Source: Candidatus Eiseniibacteriota bacterium
Lineage (GTDB): Bacteria > Eisenbacteria > RBG-16-71-46
Reading direction: 5' to 3'
Assembly (NCBI GenBank): GCA_963725865.1
Contig: CAVSAC010000012.1
Location: 1,120,001 to 1,184,000, forward strand
Length of the DNA: 64,000 nucleotides
In this document: piece by piece, positions 61,846 to 64,000 of the stretch
Layout of the letters: each line of letters starts with the position of its first letter
Position numbering within the stretch: position 1 is the stretch's first letter
Notes under the pieces: model-generated
Database searches by the model: none
Told to the model about the DNA's origin: nothing
Seen by the model: the letters and a program-made list of their open reading frames with translations, nothing else
Program-made: the position numbers and the translations under genes

Positions 61846-64000
61846 TACGGGCCGTCGTGCGCCGCGCGGCCACCGTGGCGACGCGGGCGATCTGGGCGCT
61901 CGCGATCTTCGGCGCCGCCAGCGCGGGTGCGCAGCCCGGACGCGCGGGCGCGGAGCCGGCGCGCCGAGTCCGCTCGACGGCGAGTGCCCCTGCGCCGCGG
62001 CCGGTCCCGGCGCCGGTCCGTGCGACCGCGCCGCGATTCGGCGTACCCGCGAGCGATCCCGGCGGTGGGGTCCGCTGGTCGGCGCCCGCCGACTCGGCGC
62101 CCGCGTGGGCCCGCGGACTGGTGTTGCCGCCGCCCGCGCGCGCGGACTCGCTCGCGCTCTGGATGCGCGCGTCGCGGCAGCCGGCGCTGCGCGACGTGGC
62201 GGCCTACCGGCTCGCCGCGCTGCGCCTCGCCGACCGCGACTCCGCCGCCGCCGACTCGTGCCTGGCGCTGGTCGACATCGGCTCGCTGTGGGCATGGCCC
62301 GCGCTGAACGCGCGGATGGGCCTGGCCCTCGCCGCGCGCGACACCGTGCGGGCCGCCGCGCTGCTCGAGCACGCGGACCCCGGTCGCTGGCAGGATCCGG
62401 AGCGGGCGGTCTGGCTCGCGGCCCGGGTGCCGCTCGAGGTCGCGCGCCGCGACACGGCGGCCGCGATCGCCTGCGCCGTGCAGGTGGTGCGCGCGTATCC
62501 GGCGGCGCCGGCGACCTTCGCGGCGCTGGCGCGCCTCGACGCGCTAGCGGCCGCGCGCGGGGACTCGCTCGCGATCGACGTCGTTCGCCAGGCCGCGGAG
62601 GTCGAAGCGGCGCACGGCGATGGGACCGCCGCCGCGCGCCGCCTGCACCACGTGCTGCCACGGCTCGCAGGGCGGGAGCCCGCGATCGTCGCGACGCGCA
62701 TCGCCGCGCTGCTGCGGCAGGGCCGCCGATTCCAGGCGGCCGAGACGGCGACGCACGAGGCGCTCGCGCTCGCCACCGACTCGCTCGCGCGCGCGGGCGC
62801 CGTGCTCGAGCGCGCCCGCGTGCTGCGCGACGCCGGCCGGCCCGACTCGGCGCTCGCGGAGTTCGAACACGCATCGCGCGTCGCGGCGGACCCGCTCACG
62901 CTCGACGCGGCGATGTGGGAGGCGGGACGATTCGCCGAGTCGCTGGGCCGCTTCGACACGGCACGCGAGTGGTACGCGCGCGGCGCGGCAGGCGGCGGGC
63001 CGCGCGCCGCGCCGGCGGCCTTCCGCACCGGACTGATGGAACTCGCCCTGGGCCGGCCCGATCTGGCCGACCGGTGGTTCGCCTCCGACACCACCGACGG
63101 CGGGCGCTTCTGGCGGGGCGTGACGCGGCGCGCGCTCGGCGACCGCGCGAGCGGCGATTCGGTGCTGCGCGTGCTCGCCGCGCTTCCCGGTTACGCGTTC
63201 CATCGGGCCGCGGCGCGCGACACGCTCGGGCTGGGCGGCTGGCCCGGTGGCGTGGCGGCCGCCGGGTGCGCGCCCGACTCGGCGTGCGCCACGCTGACCG
63301 CGGCGCGCGAGCTGGTCTCGATCGGCGCGGGCGACGAAGCCTCGATCGTGCTCGCGCGCTGGCTGGCGCACGATCCGCGTGCGCCCGGCGACGATCCGAC
63401 CGCGCGCGGCGTCGCCGCTCGGCTGGCGGCGGCGCGGATCGCCTACGCGACCGGGCGTCCCGGGCAGGCGATCGCGCTGGTCGACGCGGCCGCACGTGCG
63501 GCGGAGAGCGCCGGCACCGACTCGCTGCGCGCGGTGGCGTGGGCGACGTGGGCGTGGGCCTACCCGCCGGCCTACGAGTCCCTGTTCGTGGCGCCGGCCG
63601 ACAGCGCGGTGGCGGCGCTCGAGCCGGCGCTGCTGTTCGCGCTCGCGGACCAGGAGAGCCGCTTCGATCCGCGCGCGCGTTCGCGCAGCGACGCGCTCGG
63701 GCTCATGCAGCTCAAGCTCGCGACGGCGGCCGACGTCGCCGGCTGGGTGGGCGATCGCAGGCCCACCGAGGAGACACTGTTCGATCCGCAGCGCAGCGTC
63801 CGCTACGGCACCCGCTACCTGCGGCGCCTGCTCCAGCGCAGCGAGGGTCACGTCGCGGTGGCGTTGTCGGGGTACAACGCGGGGCCCAGCTCGCTGCCGC
63901 CGTGGTGGCGTGACGCGCTGGCGCGCGGGGGCGAGGCGCTGTTCTGCGAGCTGGTCCCGAACGGCGACTACCCGCGCAAGATCCTCGGCTTCCGCCAGGC
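61842..64000 (+). CDS. Slt70-like soluble lytic transglycosylase with TPR-like superhelix, 3'-truncated by the window
   Basis: Open frame from GTG 61842 (GTGA overlap with guaA) to the window end, so absent from the ORF track; DQESRFDP, ALGLMQL, YGTRYL, GYNAGP. Confidence 0.9.
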   Translation, partial: MIRAVVRRAATVATRAIWALAIFGAASAGAQPGRAGAEPARRVRSTASAPAPRPVPAPVRATAPRFGVPASDPGGGVRWSAPADSAPAWARGLVLPPPARADSLALWMRASRQPALRDVAAYRLAALRLADRDSAAADSCLALVDIGSLWAWPALNARMGLALAARDTVRAAALLEHADPGRWQDPERAVWLAARVPLEVARRDTAAAIACAVQVVRAYPAAPATFAALARLDALAAARGDSLAIDVVRQAAEVEAAHGDGTAAARRLHHVLPRLAGREPAIVATRIAALLRQGRRFQAAETATHEALALATDSLARAGAVLERARVLRDAGRPDSALAEFEHASRVAADPLTLDAAMWEAGRFAESLGRFDTAREWYARGAAGGGPRAAPAAFRTGLMELALGRPDLADRWFASDTTDGGRFWRGVTRRALGDRASGDSVLRVLAALPGYAFHRAAARDTLGLGGWPGGVAAAGCAPDSACATLTAARELVSIGAGDEASIVLARWLAHDPRAPGDDPTARGVAARLAAARIAYATGRPGQAIALVDAAARAAESAGTDSLRAVAWATWAWAYPPAYESLFVAPADSAVAALEPALLFALADQESRFDPRARSRSDALGLMQLKLATAADVAGWVGDRRPTEETLFDPQRSVRYGTRYLRRLLQRSEGHVAVALSGYNAGPSSLPPWWRDALARGGEALFCELVPNGDYPRKILGFRQ

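Overview
Very GC-rich (roughly 70% by eye) bacterial DNA. The lineage is inferred, not proven: FlgD/T9SS-like C-terminal domains, a PorV-family gene and a 'WGxxKxxYR' C-terminal motif suggest an FCB-related candidate phylum such as Ca. Eisenbacteria. The window has two parts. (1) Positions 1-22.9 kb are an accessory, eroding region ending at an integrase remnant next to the 3' end of tRNA-Leu(CAA). It carries an alpha-2-macroglobulin (CSEQ thioester, TonB-plug-like segment in the bait position, three frameshifts), several secreted proteins, cbpA/cbpM, groES/groEL, an S1C protease, a fused MFS/spermidine synthase, a Mug glycosylase, an aeRF1-domain-like protein, a truncated Usp, and fragments of mgtA, a UroD-like gene and an IS3. 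Every frameshift I detected lies here. (2) Positions 23-64 kb look like intact core chromosome: DUF853 ATPase, TMTC-like membrane protein, tRNA-Ala(GGC), cstA with a Cys-less TlpA-like partner, an MshEN/zinc-ribbon GspE-type ATPase coupled to an HD-GYP gene, a GAF-GAF-SpoIIE phosphatase, a peroxiredoxin with an in-frame UGA at the catalytic Cys followed by a SECIS-like hairpin, M50-trpS-scpA-scpB-rluB, porV, a glgD-like/glgC pair, mltD, a PEGA protein, comEC, purN-HAD-purC-purH, a secreted GH32-like protein, guaA and a partial Slt. The best leads are the probable selenoprotein, the short C-terminal WGxxKxxYR putative sorting signal alongside T9SS-like cargo and PorV, and the stand-alone c-di-GMP ATPase/HD-GYP module. 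No CRISPR array, rRNA or intact mobile element was seen. All family calls come from motifs read by eye; no searches were run.
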